A stretch of 64,000 nucleotides of DNA, from contig OZ025718.1 of assembly GCA_964019335.1 (NCBI GenBank), positions 62,001 through 126,000 on the forward strand. The letters run 5' to 3'. Both the position numbers and the translations under genes were made by a program. Below the pieces are notes generated by a model. The model did no database searches. It was not told the DNA's origin and saw only the letters and a list, made by a program, of their open reading frames with translations. This document shows positions 31,984 to 44,926 of this stretch, piece by piece. Source of the stretch: Diplonema japonicum (Eukaryota > Protista > Euglenozoa: Diplonemea). Each line of letters begins with the position of its first letter. Positions within the stretch are counted from its first letter, which is position 1.

Positions 31984-34567
31984 CTACACTGCCGGCCTAA
32001 AGGCAGGGTAGTCCATATTCGTGTACTCCTCTACAACCTTCTGCTGGTACACCTCAGCATCGCACTGTTCTTGGGGGACAGGCAGCTCTGTTGACGTGTC
32101 GTGTGCGTCAATTGACGCGTTGGTCGCAGCGCACGTGTCCGGGATAGTCGGCTCTAAGTAACGATACAGCTGGCTTAGGGCCTTCGTGTTCTGCGTTCTC
32201 CACTTCCTGCCCATGTGCGGGTTCAGCTCAGCCAGCAGCTTCACGCCGTAGAGGGTCATCAAGGGGTGGATGATCCTGAGCTTCCTCCGGAGCAAGATGT
32301 GCATCTGTCGTGTTTGATGTACAGCAAAAAAAAAAGGAAAGCGTACCTTGTAGAAAAGCATCAAGGCCAGCCGGCTTGGGTGCTTCTTTATCAGCTTGCG
32401 TATCAAATGCAAGACGTTCGTGCACGTCAGCTGCAAGGGGAAGTGTACATTTCTTTTTCTTTTTTTGCGACGTGTCAGAAAAACACTTCAAATGCAAAAG
32501 ATTATTTTCTCCGGCATACCAGGTTCCTCGCGTCACACTGTATAACGCCTTGTATGTCAGCGTCAAGGTTAACGAGGGTTCGAATGCAGGTGGGCAGAGA
32601 TGCTTCCAAGCCTGGCTCGGCTGTCCACGGGACGTGTATGCCATCGTGTACCGGTAGGGGGCAAGGCTGTTCAATCGCTTCGTCCCATCCTGTTTCCCCC
32701 ACACCCTCCACCCCAGTCAGGAGGAACACACTGTTCTGGTGGAGGTACTTCAATAGCAGCAGCAGACCGTTCGAGTCGGCCATTGTTTTCAATACGACCT
32801 CCGCCTTTATAGGGGAGTACTCCGTCAGGACCTTGATAACGTGCAGCAGTAAGCCCGTGACGCACTTGATCATAATATTTCTATGTCGTGTGGCCTCATG
32901 TGTGGAGGTAATGCCGTATGACCCGCATTCATGTCCCGTAGCGCTCTTGGCAGCTTCTCCCTCTCCCGGCAGCGATGCGAGAAACAACTTGAACACCCCA
33001 ACCACCACGCCGGGCAACACCGGGCACAAGCTCCTGAACAACAGCTCCGCGGGGTGGTCCACATCTAGCTCCTCTGCCTTCGCGTGAGCCGTCCCTTTGA
33101 GGGAATACCAAGACACGGGGTCAGGGGTGCCGATTGAAAGCATATCTTCAGGCTGAAGGTGCTTATCGAAGCTAGGGGGGTACTCGGCGGAGAGCGAGGG
33201 CACCTCACGCGGGTCGGGTATCGACTGTTGATGTGTTGAAAAATGTCATACATTACACAACATACCAGGTTGCTCAACGACGGTGCCTCGGAAGTGTCGT
33301 CAAGGGGCGGCATCCTCATCGGGTGCTCATCTTTGAAGAGCTTCACGGGACGCATCACAGTCGCGTCTCGTCTCTTCACTGCGGACTCAGCCAGGTTCAC
33401 ACCGAACACCGCCAACGACTCCCTCACAGGGAGGGGCAGCCCTTTGAACTTGACGGGTGCATTTCCCGCCAGCGATGTAGTGTTAGGTGTAACGCTGTCG
33501 TTTAACATCTTCAAAGCTTCTTGATAGAAATAGTAATGGCAGGCCCGTAGGAGATCTGGGCTGATGAAGGCGAACCTTTTATTTGTCTGCCCTGACTGGA
33601 CAATGGACCTTATGTACTGCTCGACAACACCGTCACCGACCCACCTGTTGCTGGTAGTGTGCGTTTCGTCCTTCCACACAGCAGGCTTCAAGTCTACCCC
33701 ACCGCACATGGCGCTGATCAGAAGATGTGCGAGGATCACAAGCTTCTTGCCAGGCAGGTTGTGCGCCATGCCAGGCGCGTCTCGTATCAAGACGAACGTC
33801 TCGGTCAAGATGTCTGTGCTGCGGTTCTTGTCGTGCTTGTATATCTGGGAAGTGATCAAATTGGTCATTGGACATTGCTTGTTCTCCTTGATAGGGTGCC
33901 CTGCACCTGTCCCTATCAAAATGGCTGCGATACCGTTCACAACAGCACGCAGGGTGGACCCCAGGGGGCTCGGCGTGGGGTTGGCTTCGTCAAGCTGCGC
34001 ATCCTGGAGCAGTACCGAAGCGAGGATGCTGTAGACTTGCAGGAGCAACGCGACGGCACCCTGCTCTGCGAGAGAGCAGCAAGTGTCTTTCCACTCTGTC
34101 GAAGTCTTGCACTCAGTGCCTACGCACAGACACGCCAGACCCTTGATGTAGCCTGTAGTGGCAGAGGTCGAGTCAAGAACACCTGAGAGAAGTTCATCAT
34201 AAGTTTTACCTTTCAAAGCGCTGATGATGCTCAGAGGAGTGACGGTGGCAAGGATCTCTGCGTGCTCCATCAGCTCTCTCTTCACCTCTGACTCGGTGAG
34301 GAGTTCTGCCAACATCACATTCTGGCTCCAACACTGTTGTATCACACCCATGGACTGTGCGATGGCCTTCTGCGGTGCCCCCTCGAGCCACTTCGTGTCG
34401 TCATACGGCTCGTTCTCCATTTCTGTTTCTCCGCCCTGCGACTCGCAGCAGCTGTCGTACATCACCTCGTCGGCATCGTCGTCAACTTCCTCCCGCACGC
34501 CCCTCGCGATGCTCTCGCCTAGGCCATCAAAACTCCCCGACCTTTCCTTCCCAAAAAACAGAGTCAT
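31984..34567 (-). CDS. STRIP/FAM40/Far11 homolog (STRIPAK complex), 3 introns
   Basis: RHRNIMIKCVTGLLL, ADSNGLLLLLKYL, RNL|LTCTNVLHLIRKLIK and KLLAELNPHMGRKWRTQN match the STRIP C-terminal domain. Three ORFs are joined by GT-AG introns. Confidence 0.85.
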
Positions 34568-34637
34568 CGGGACATGACTGTGATGGGGTGATTGCTTGTT
34601 GCAAAACTATGGGAACAAAAAATATATGTACACCTCA

Positions 34638-35612
34638 TCACTCCCCTGTGCGCCACCAGCAAGCTCTTTCATTTGCGCAGTACCCAAGGGTTCCCATTGA
34701 ACGCAACGCAGGCAGCCCTACTAGAATCACTGGGCCGCTCCCCTTCAAACGCCGTTTATGGTGGCGGAGCATCGAGAGATTGCTCACTTGGAACGGGATG
34801 TCGAGGGCGATGGTGGTAGAAGGCTCGGAGGGAAAGGCAAGAGAGGCAGATGTGTAGGAACCAGCTTCTTGTGTCGTCCCGTTGGAGGCCGAGAGGCAGC
34901 GTGGTCTGCTTGAGGAGCTGCAACCTAAGAATTCCGCAAGGTCAGGAGGAATGACGGACACAGTGCTGCCCATGTCAAGCATGGCCATAACTTCCTTTGA
35001 CCGAGCACCTCTCGACACGACACACGGAACGAACAAGAGCCCCTTAAAATGGTTCGCGAGATGAATCCTGTTGGCCACCCCGTGAGCAAGCATCCATGTG
35101 TGCGGCTCGCCCTTCTCAAGAAGCCGAAGCTCAGACTGCTGCCACCCAAATAGTACTGCCTTGAACTGCATCAAAAAGTCCGCCCCAAGCACACCATGCA
35201 CATTTGGTAACAACTTCGCTTTGGTTACAACACGGAGCTCTTTAGGGAGAGGGACCTGTTGTTGTCCACCATTCGGAGCCACTGTATACCCAATGCCTCC
35301 TGTGGCAACACAGTCGAAGGCTTCCTTCTTCGTCTCTGTGGCGTACCCCATGTCCCTCTCTACGATCCGTGCCTTGGGCCACTTGTATATTTTCTCCATT
35401 GAATTCTTCTTCACCAGTGAGTGACTGCAGCCACCATCAATTACCCATCTGCCACCAGGTCCATCTGTCTCCCCTCGCACCCGGATCCCAACCAGCGGGC
35501 GGACGTACCCATAGTCCTCAAGTTTCACACACACCTGTTGCGGGAGCGGAGGCTGCGGTTGAAACACGGGCTTTCTCTGTGTCACGGCACGCGGAGCCTG
35601 TGGGTGGGTCAT
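34638..35612 (-). CDS. Two-domain retropepsin-like aspartyl protease
   Basis: WVIDGGCSHS...GVLGADFL and AMLDMGSTVSVI...ILVGLPAL. Confidence 0.78.
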   Translation of the reverse strand: MTHPQAPRAVTQRKPVFQPQPPLPQQVCVKLEDYGYVRPLVGIRVRGETDGPGGRWVIDGGCSHSLVKKNSMEKIYKWPKARIVERDMGYATETKKEAFDCVATGGIGYTVAPNGGQQQVPLPKELRVVTKAKLLPNVHGVLGADFLMQFKAVLFGWQQSELRLLEKGEPHTWMLAHGVANRIHLANHFKGLLFVPCVVSRGARSKEVMAMLDMGSTVSVIPPDLAEFLGCSSSSRPRCLSASNGTTQEAGSYTSASLAFPSEPSTTIALDIPFQVSNLSMLRHHKRRLKGSGPVILVGLPALRSMGTLGYCANERACWWRTGE

Positions 35613-35710
35613 AAGAAGAAAAAAAAGAGGGGGAGGGGAGGGGAAAATAATAGACAAAGATAAAGGCTAGTTCCTTGTACACTTTAATAGAAAAGCACGC
35701 TATCCACGCC

Positions 35711-36638
35711 TCACAGGCTGAACGAGGTGCCCTCCACCCAGTCATGCTCGCTGTTCTCCCCGATGACAGAAACAGATGCTGCTGTAAGGTAGTTGGCGGC
35801 GTACCAGGCGTAGATTTGGCTGATTCCGAAGGGACCATGTACTTCTTCCTTCCCGTTCCACTTGATGTTCCACTGTGTGGTGGGGTACTTTTCTTCAAGC
35901 TTTTCAGTGAGGAAGGCGGCGACCTGCCTCTTTGTGTTTGTGTAGAAGCTGTACTCGCCTTCCGCCACCATTTGTGCAGCGCCGTTGATGACTAGCGTCA
36001 GGGGAGAGTCCTGTGGTTGATCAGAATTTTCTCTCATTTTCTTTTTTTTTTTTGCATACTGCGGCAGCTTTCTTCTTGCTGTCATGCGCCTTGCCAAGCC
36101 GCTTGACTGCGTTGTTCACTGTTTCACCGTCTTCAAGGTGTCTCAGGACATTCATGAGTGCAGTGGTGGCAGGGATCGGGGCGTCTTCTTTCTTGGCGCT
36201 CTTAGTTTCGATGTTTTTGACAAACATCCCTTCAGATGTCACTTGCCCCCCACGGCTTTCTTGCTTTTGATCGAGCTGGAACAACCACGGGTCTCGTTTC
36301 ATTGTTAGCTGGTAGGTCCCTTCGTCAGTGAAGTCGCCCTCCTGTCGTTCCTCGCGGGTGTTGAACCCGGTCATCATGTGCCCCATCTCTTCTTGATATT
36401 TATCAGCGTTCGTCTTTTCGTTCCCACCGATTCCCTCTTCTGCCTTGCGTGTGCCTACTCCTAGCTTTGTCTCTGCCCCCTCCAGAACGACATCACGGCG
36501 CTTCTGCTTTGCTGCAATCACATCAATCTCCGGCTGTGCTGCCTCTGCCTCTTCCTTTGCTACGTCAGGTGTCTCCTCCGAGAACGCTACCTTCTTTGCG
36601 CTCTTTTCCTTCTCCGGCTCCCTTACCCTCTTGACCAT
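35711..36638 (-). CDS. CD2BP2: U5 snRNP 52K / CD2BP2 (Lin1) homolog, 1 intron
   Basis: MTGFNTREERQEGDFTDEGTY, DPWL, LEDGETVNNAVKRLG and a C-terminal GYF domain WNIKW...VHGPF...W.AANYL. Confidence 0.85.
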
Positions 36639-37049
36639 CGTTATGGTTGTTCGTGTTAGGAGGAGTCCTTAAGCCATGATTACAAAAAGAGAAAGAAAGA
36701 AAAAAAAGAGAACGAGAAATTACAAAAAAAAAGGGGGGTCAAAAAAAAAAAGAAATACACACCACGTCTCTAGCCACCCACCCTTCCCAAGCATTGTCTT
36801 CACAGCCTCCCGCTTTGGATTCCACACAAAGTTGCTTCCTTGAGAGCTGCTGTTGTTGCTCACCCAACAACAGTTTTAAGAGACTCATGCATTCTATTGT
36901 GTAACCTGCATGTTTCTACGGGATGTCGGAGGGGGGGAAACAATAAACACTGATATGACATAAGATGACTGGGTAGGGGGAGCACGGGCAAGTAGAAAAT
37001 GCATGATTAAAGGTAGGGCTCTACAGGTATTCTATAGGGCTAGGCCACG

Positions 37050-39810
37050 TCACTGCAACTGCATGCGCCTGGGCTGAAACGGCCCCTCACTATGAGGGAC
37101 TGGGTAGGTGGGAGACGGGGCGGGGTAGGGCTGCAGGAACTGAGTGTTTTGGAGCTGAGGGTTAGTCTGCTGGAAGTGCCAATGCTGCAAGTAAGTAGGG
37201 TACTGCTGTTGCTGCTGTTGGGGCGCATAGTGCTGCTGCTGCTGCTGCTGCGGTGGGACATGCAGTTGTTGGTGTCCATGGTACTGCTGCGGGAAGTTCT
37301 GGTGGTGAACCGCAGCTTGCTGCTGTGCCTGGTTCTTCCCCTTCGCCGGTTTCTTCCACGTAGGGGGTTTCGAGTTAGGTTCGTCCCCAGCAACGACCTC
37401 CCACCCGATGTTCCTCAGGAACACGTCGTTGGTGGTGTTCTCCTGCAGCTGGGTGGGCTCAAGGTGGGGAAGCTTAGCTTTCTTGTCACCTGAAACAGAC
37501 GCCTGCCTTTTTTTCTTGTCTTCCCGGTCGCGGTCCCTGAGGGAGGTGGCCTTCTGGGCAGCATGTTTACGGGTCGTTGTGTTTGCACTGAAATTGATAA
37601 TATCGCCGCCACCAAGGCTGCCCTGCTGCGGGACGATGTGTGGGGCGAGGCCTGTGGGCTGTCTGGCGGGCTGCGTCACAGGGATCACAGGCTGGGGCTT
37701 CTCAGCCTGCTGCTTCAAGACCTCGTTGCGGTGGGTCTTGAAGTGTTCGATGACGTTTTCACGCTTATCGGTCGTCTTCTCGACGTGTGGCCTGATGGCC
37801 TCGTGCAGCTTGGAGGGGTCGGAACGCAAGACCTTTACGATGGTGTCGTCCGTGTCCAGATGCCACAAGTCGCCAGCGCTCTCCTTGACCTCCTGAGGTA
37901 AGTGTGTGAAGAAATCAGAAAACGAGAGCATACCCAACCAGCCTCTGCAGTTGCTTTTGCCACCGCTTGGCTTTGCCCCACCTTGTCTTCCTTCGCAACA
38001 GTTTTGCCAGCTTGCGTCGCCTGTGATGGGTGAAAATAAAAAATCGCTTTTTCGTTTTTTTCTTTTTGCAGATGACAAACCTGCCCTGAAATAGAATCTT
38101 CCTCCAACACTTGAAGCAGTCTCCCAACGTGCTTTTGCAGCATCCTGGGTGTCGGAGTGAACAGTTTGCAAATGCTCTGTGTGGTGTTGTGTGCAGTTAT
38201 TCTTTTTTTTATTTATTCAACACCATACCGCTTTGCTAATGTCGATGCCCGCCAGTTCCTGAGCCAGCGAGATGCACGTTGCGCTGTGAAGCACCGCGGC
38301 ATAGCTTTCATCCTCTTTTCGCGCCGTCTCGTCGCGCCACCTAAGCACGCTCTTCAGGGCAGTCGCGTGCCTCTTACGCGTGCCCTCGTCGATCTTCCCC
38401 ATCAGCCGCATCTCGTCATCCTGCGCAAAAAAGAAATTTGACACACAAAAAAAAAAAAAAAAAATCACACCTCGAGAGAGGGCTTCACGTACTTCCTCAA
38501 ACACAACGCGTTTGACTCGCTGAACACATGCTTAAGGGGGTTCTGGATGCCGCCTGTATTTCATTTACTCATCGTTTGGTTTTCGTTTTCTTCTAGCAAA
38601 CCTCTTGCACCCTGGGACATCAGGTTTATCCTGAGGTGGTCGGCGAGGGGGAGGAGATAATGCGTGTCGAGCCTCGCGTACTTGAGCATGTCGGAGGTAA
38701 GGGGGCGCTGCCTCCAGTCGGCGGTCTGGTACTTCTTGTCGACGGTGATCCCGTAGTGCCCGAGTGTCTTCCCCTAATTGTATTTTTTTTTCTTTTTCCT
38801 CCCGCTTCTCTCTGTGTATAAAAACATACCAACCCGTGCGGGATTGCCAATTGCTGCGCAGCAGCGCCAGTGTCAAACATGTTCACAATGTAAATACCGA
38901 AGTCCCTTTGCAGCCATTCGATGTCCGATGACGCGCCGTGCAGCACCTTCATGATGTTCTCGTTGGCGAAGGACGTCTGCAGTTTCCACATGTGGGAGCG
39001 AAGTTCCAGCGCATCGATGATGAAGTCCTGCTCTCTGGTGGAGATCTGCATCAGGCAGACGAAACCCTGGAAAGAGTGCATCGAGTGGTGCTCCAGATCA
39101 ACCGCGAACTCCTTCTCCTTAAGAAGAAGCTTTGAAAGGTTGTCTAACTGTTTGGGTTTATCAACATAAGCACATGGAACATCCTCGGGAAGCGAAAACA
39201 CAGGGGTTGTTTGCTCGGGTGCGTTGAGCTGCCAAGGTTTCAACTTGAACGATTTAATTTGTTTTTCAAACGGGTGAGTTCCCGGTTCCGAGTACTCAAT
39301 GTTTGTGGAGGTTAAGTGGACAAACGGTCGGAAGGGTGCAGTCGTATTGTCGGGCTTCACTTTGAAATTGTTTTGCGGGCGGACAGCCTGCACGGCCTTC
39401 ATCAATTGCTTCTTGCGAATTTTTTCTTCAGCGGACATTTTTTTCGCGGTTGCCTCTGCCTTGATGCTGTCGAGGTCGTCATCAATACCTTCAAGTAAAT
39501 CATCCACAAGCTCACGAAGCTCTTCGTCTGTCTTCCACTTCGCTACGTTCCCCCGCGAGTAGGTCTCGCTCACCTTCCCCAACATTTTCGACAGGTTGGC
39601 GCTGTACTCATTCATCACCTTTGGAAAGCTCCTGAAGCTCTCGTAGAATTCGTAGTCATCCCCCTGAGGCAGTCCGTTCGCCCTTTGAAGACCCGTAATC
39701 ACATTGCTGAACAACCCCGACACGTACCCTTGCACACTCTGCCCTCCAATTGTGTTCATCACCTCCTCTGATATGTCCGAGTCGCTCATGTCAACATCAT
39801 CTTGTTGCAT
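37050..39810 (-). CDS. RRP6: Exosome 3'-5' exonuclease RRP6/EXOSC10, 6 introns
   Basis: PMC2NT region; [23 protein letters not shown]; WLQRDFG; spliced [26 protein letters not shown]; [16 protein letters not shown]. Confidence 0.95.
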
Positions 39811-40523
39811 TTTTTTCTTTTTTTTTTCTTTTTTTTTCCAATATAATTCTCCCCCCCTTTTTTTTTAAAATGGTGTTTAGTTTACCGGGAAAAAAAAAAA
39901 AAAAAAAAAAAAAAATGGGGTTATGAAACGGGGGGGATCTGGGGGACGAGAATAAAAATCGTACAGAAAATAAGAAGAAAAAAAGGGTGCGAGCCTAGGC
40001 GAACAGGGAGACAGAGGACGAGGTTAGATCAAGGGAAAAAAAAGGGGGGGAGGAGGGGAAAGAAAAAAAAGGGGGGGGGAAGGCAACGGAGAAACAAGGC
40101 ATGAAACCCCGTGACGTAAGGGAAAAACGGAGGGAGAAAAGAGAAAAAAAAAGGGGGGTAAAATGTAATTGTTTTTATGAGCACATTGAGGCACACGGTA
40201 GTGGTGCTCAGTGCAAGCCAGCACCCAATTTTCAGACGAGAAATTCTCTTTTTTTTTTTTTTTTTCCAACTAAGAGTGAAAAGGAAGGAAATAAGGGAGA
40301 GGGGGGTTCGAATACAAAGAAGAATACGAAAAGGAAGGTAGAGAAAAAAAAAACAAAGGAAATCATATCTCCTTTCCTTTTACCCCCCCCTCTTCCTCCC
40401 TCCTTTTTTTCTTTCCTTTTTTCAAATTCACCCTTTGTCTTTCAGGGGAGAAGGGAAGAGAGAAGGAGAAAAAAAGACTGGAAAAATTAAGACAAAAAAA
40501 AAAGAAATGGGGGGAGTTGAGGT

Positions 40524-40566
<43 letters not shown>

Positions 40567-41244
40567 TTATCGTTCCCCACCAATGGCGTAATAATAATAA
40601 TGACTTACTTATGATAGGGCAACAACTACCCAAAAAATGAAATTGTAATAATAATTAAGATATCCAGCGGCAGAGCGTGTTACCAACAACAGCAGCAAAA
40701 AGAGGAGGAAAAAAAAAAGAGGGAAGAGCACAGTCGATTATTGTTTGTGCACAGCCGGGGGGGGGGGGGTCTCTACCCACTACTTTTTTTTCTTTAGCAA
40801 CAACAATTTCATTTCATCTATATTGACTATCTTTTTTTCTTTTTTTTTTTTTGTTCAAAGCCACAAAAAAAACAAACAAAAAAAAAATTACCCACCAACT
40901 GAGAAGGTCGGCAAAGTGCCGCCTATCCATTTCTTTTCTTCTTTCTCTCTCCCCCTTTGTATAAGCACGGCACCCCAACAGAGCGTGCAAAAACTGCACC
41001 TTTTCCGAGACTACCGCCACAAAAAAACTTTTCTTTTCTTTTTTTTTTCTCCGCTCTCTTTTTTTTTTTTTTTTTTTCCGTTTCCCACGTTTTCCCTCAA
41101 CGAGATTCGGAGATACAAAAAAAAAGAAAAAAAGAAAAATCTTTTTAAAAAAAAAAAAAAAAACATTTTTATAGTGTACGCCTTCCAGTTTTCCCGCCCC
41201 ACCAAAGAAAACAAAAAAAAAAACTTTTTTTTTCCCACCACCTC

Positions 41245-42851
41245 TCAAAGCCCAACACCATTCTCGTCTCCGGCTATTGCGGCAAGGTACTTCAAGTAGT
41301 GGGGAAGGTAAAGCCGGGACTGCTGCGTGTTGTAAACTTGCTTCTTGAACTGCCCGTCCTGCACGTAAAGAATTCTGTCGGCATAGCACTCAACATCCTT
41401 GTTGTGAGTAACCATGATACACGTTGTCTTGGCATCCAGGTTAATCTGCAGGAGAAGATCCATGATTTCCACAGTATTCGTTGTGTCAAGGTCTCCTGTA
41501 GGTTCGTCGAGAAGGAGAATGGAAGGGTTGTTGGCCAAGGCTCTTGCAATGGTAACACGCTGCTGCTCACCACCTGAGAGTTCGGATGGAAGGTGCATCC
41601 CACGGTCTCGCAAACCCACCATTCTGAGGAGCATCTTAGCACGGTGTCTAACTTCCTTTGTGCTAAGGTCACCCTTAAGCGTCATAGGTAGCTCTACATT
41701 CTCTATTGCTGACATTGTTGAGAGCAAGTTGAAACTTTGAAACACGAAACCTATTTTTTCCAGGCGAAGCTTGGACAGAAACCCGTCTGTTGACTTCTCG
41801 TTAACCTCTTCGCCTAGGATCATGATTTTACCGGAGGTGGGCTTGTCTAGGGTGCCGATCAGGTTTAACAGAGTTGTCTTGCCGCCGCCTGATGGTCCTC
41901 TGATCATGAGGAATTCCCCTTCCCTCACGCTCCTGAAGGCACCCTCCATGTCGTCCCTCATGTCTGCATTCCTTAGAGCGATAACAGCGTCTTCTCTACC
42001 TTCAATCTTGTAGTGCTTGGACAGCCCTTCCACTGTGATTATAGGGGAGCCCAGTTCCTTCTCTGTCGTTGCGGCTTCAGGAGGAATCTCGAGTTCGTCG
42101 TCGCAACTTTCTGTCTCTACGGGAGGCATAGGGGGAGTCCCAATGCTCTGTGGGGAAAAAAAAAAGTGTTTTGGAGGGGTGGAAAAAAAAACTTGGTATA
42201 CCCTGTTCAATTCGGACTGGTCCACGGGCCTTACATTGACGGGAAGCGGCGGGCTGTTTGGAGGTTTTTTTTTCTTTTTTTTTTTTTTGCCACCCCCTCG
42301 GGATATACCTTGTTTGCATTATTATTTTTTTTTCTCTCGAGTTTTTTTTTTTTTTTCTTCTTCCCGCCTTTCTTTTTGAATGTTGTCTTTTCTTTTTTTT
42401 TTTTAAACGGGGCAGTCTTCCGGAGGAAAAAAAAAATCAATACTCTAACTAACTTTTTTTCTTCTTCTTTTCTTCTTCTAGAAGTTAAATAAAAACAAAA
42501 AACATCTAAACGGACTATTTTTTCTATTCTTTTTCCATCCTTGTCTGTCTCTTCCTATCGCCTGTAACCCGTGGGGCTCGGGGGGGTGGCTTTCCTGAAA
42601 TGCTGTTGCTGCTGGTAGTGCGTGACCTGCAGGTGCGGGTCGGAGCGCTGATCACGCTCGTTCAGAATGCTTGACAGCCGTGCTTGTACCTTGCGCTCTA
42701 AGTCTTGCCACAGACCACAGGCCTGGTCAGCAGTCACACTCCCCACCATCGCTTCCACCTCCTCCTCGCTCTCAAGTGAGGCCAAATCCTGCCGAAGGCT
42801 GTCTAGCGCCCGGCGAAAGCCCTCTGCCGACAGCTCCGGCTGCATGCTCAT
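41245..42851 (-). CDS. Stand-alone ABC ATPase of LolD/MacB type with N-terminal extension; 2 inferred introns
   Basis: Walker A GPSGGGKTT, IGFVFQSFNL, signature LSGGEQQR, Walker B LLLDEPTGDLD, H-loop VTHN. Joining of exon 42562-42851 is less certain. Confidence 0.85.
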
Positions 42852-43099
42852 GTTTTCCCTTAGAGATGACCCATGGCAGTGAACACAGCGAAACTAAAAC
42901 AGTCGAATAAAAAAAAAAAAAGCTGCATCTATTCCTTCCAAACCCGGAAGAGTCTGGAACAAGATAAAAAAAAAAAAAGAAGAAAAAAAAAAAATATATA
43001 TATAAGTTAAAAGAAGTCTCTGTGAGCACCCTCCTTTTTTTTCAACAAAAGAACTCAGAGCAAAAGCATGCTCCGCTCTGCAGGTATCCGCGGACATTT

Positions 43100-44413
43100 T
43101 TACAGCGCTCGCGAGTAAGCCTCCGATGAAATGCCTTGCGAGAACTCCGACACCGGACGGACCGACGCGGCAGGGGTAGGACAAGGTGAGGGCAACCGGG
43201 GAGGGTTCGCGATTGCAGGAAGGGGCCTCGCTGCGAAGGGCTTCGTGATGCCCCCGTCCGTGTCCACCTTGATAGAGGACGTGACGTAGATAAGCTGCGT
43301 GATGCAGTCATAACAACAATTCACACAGCCCTCCATCCACGACGTCCCTTTGATGAGACTAAACTCTGATGGTGTCATATCAGGGTAGAGGACAGATATA
43401 CACCTTGGAACGGCATCTTGTGGTTGGTGTCCCCACAACAGCTTCTCGTTGAAATCTATATTGGCAGTCTCAGCTGAGGAAAAGTGCTCCAACACGTGCA
43501 GGGAGAACAGGGCTACTTTTCGCTTGACGGTTCCCATTTCACTCTTGTGCTTCACCTTCTGGCACAGTCGGCATTCAAGTTCCTCTGATGACGGTAGAAG
43601 AACAGCTCGTCTTTCTTTTTGAGTGCTCTTTCTGATTCCTGTCAGGCTGATGCACACTGCAGTTCCGTCTTGAGAGACAGCACGCAGTGCGGAGCATGAT
43701 AGAACCCAGATTGTATTAAATCTATCTATTTTGCAGCGTAAAACGAGGTTTGACACCTTGCAGCAGTACAAAGCAGAGAGGTGGTTGGAGATCCGCTCGA
43801 CGACGGCAGAAATGTTCTTCCGGGAGTTGTTCGGGACAACTGTGGAGATGAGCGCCTTCCCATCGTCGTACCTATCGCTGATGGAAGTGGACTGGTCTTC
43901 AGCAAGGTGCCGGTTTGTGGTGTGTTCTATGGTGACCCTCCCGCAGCACAACGTCACCTGGTACACACTGTTCACGGCAGGACGGCCCAGGTTCTTCTTC
44001 GATATAATGTGTTGTTGTAAGATTCCTTCTCCGTTGGATATCCCCAATCTGAAAGTGCACACATCACGCTCATTGTTCAGCCACAGGGTTTCTATGCCCC
44101 GGGTGGACAGGGATTGGTAGAATGCAACGGGCGTGTTGTTGTTGTTGTTGTTGTTGTTGGTGAGGTGGGACTTACCCATCTCTTGGGACACCTGTTGCAT
44201 GTACAGTCGCTTTTTTGTTTTTTTTTTCACGCTGTTCTGCTGTTTCGATGTGAAGTACCACTCGACCGGCTTTGTGAACCTGAAGACCACGGTGTGTGGG
44301 ATGTTCACTTCCAGGGCCTGTGTGTTGGCAGGCCGCGACCATAGTGCTTTGAAAAACCCAGCTAAGAGGTTGCCTTTTCCAAGGTCATCGCTTATATCAC
44401 GTGTCACGGCCAT
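43100..44413 (-). CDS. Uncharacterised protein with a possible split C4 zinc site
   Basis: 437-codon ORF from MAVTRD; IPHTVVF..P..WYFTS, GILQQHI, CRLC...CYDC. Confidence 0.75.
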   Translation of the reverse strand: MAVTRDISDDLGKGNLLAGFFKALWSRPANTQALEVNIPHTVVFRFTKPVEWYFTSKQQNSVKKKTKKRLYMQQVSQEMGKSHLTNNNNNNNNTPVAFYQSLSTRGIETLWLNNERDVCTFRLGISNGEGILQQHIISKKNLGRPAVNSVYQVTLCCGRVTIEHTTNRHLAEDQSTSISDRYDDGKALISTVVPNNSRKNISAVVERISNHLSALYCCKVSNLVLRCKIDRFNTIWVLSCSALRAVSQDGTAVCISLTGIRKSTQKERRAVLLPSSEELECRLCQKVKHKSEMGTVKRKVALFSLHVLEHFSSAETANIDFNEKLLWGHQPQDAVPRCISVLYPDMTPSEFSLIKGTSWMEGCVNCCYDCITQLIYVTSSIKVDTDGGITKPFAARPLPAIANPPRLPSPCPTPAASVRPVSEFSQGISSEAYSRAL

Positions 44414-44876
44414 GTTACGTGGTGCCTTTAATGATGCTGGAATTGGGAAGGGTGGGAGAGATACGGATTTCTTTTTGTGAAGGGTGGGGTGGGAGCAACA
44501 AGAAAAAACAAAAAAGAAGGTGAGGGAGAGAAAAGAAAGTCCACACAACACAAGAAGATGATGAATCAAATTTTTCAAGGCGGGGGCAGTGGCCACACAC
44601 CCTATCGATAAAAAGCTCTTTCTCTTTCTTTTCTTTTTTTTTCCCCATCGTACCTTTTTTTTTAATAGTTTTGTTTCCCCCTTTTCTTTTGCTTAGTCGA
44701 AATTGAAAAGTAATCGTTCTTGTACCCCCCCTTTTTCTTGCCTACGCCCTAGTTGGGGAAGAGAGAGGAAGGGATATGGAAAAGAGTAAAGGGTAGCATT
44801 ATGTCTTCAATCAAGAAACAAAGACATGGTGAAAGGTAGGGGTGGAGGGATGACTGACAAGCGGCACATGTTTCAA

Positions 44877-44926
44877 AAGAAGAAGAAGAAGAAGAAGAAG
44901 AAGAAGAAGAAGAAGAAGAAGAAGAA
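44877..44926. repeat. (AAG)n microsatellite, ~16 units; ~33 units in copy B at 56619-56719
   Basis: Read directly from the sequence. Confidence 0.95.

Noticed and set aside
40000-41240. Poly-K and poly-F ORFs here and in 46000-49600
   Set aside because: Translations of A/T homopolymers.
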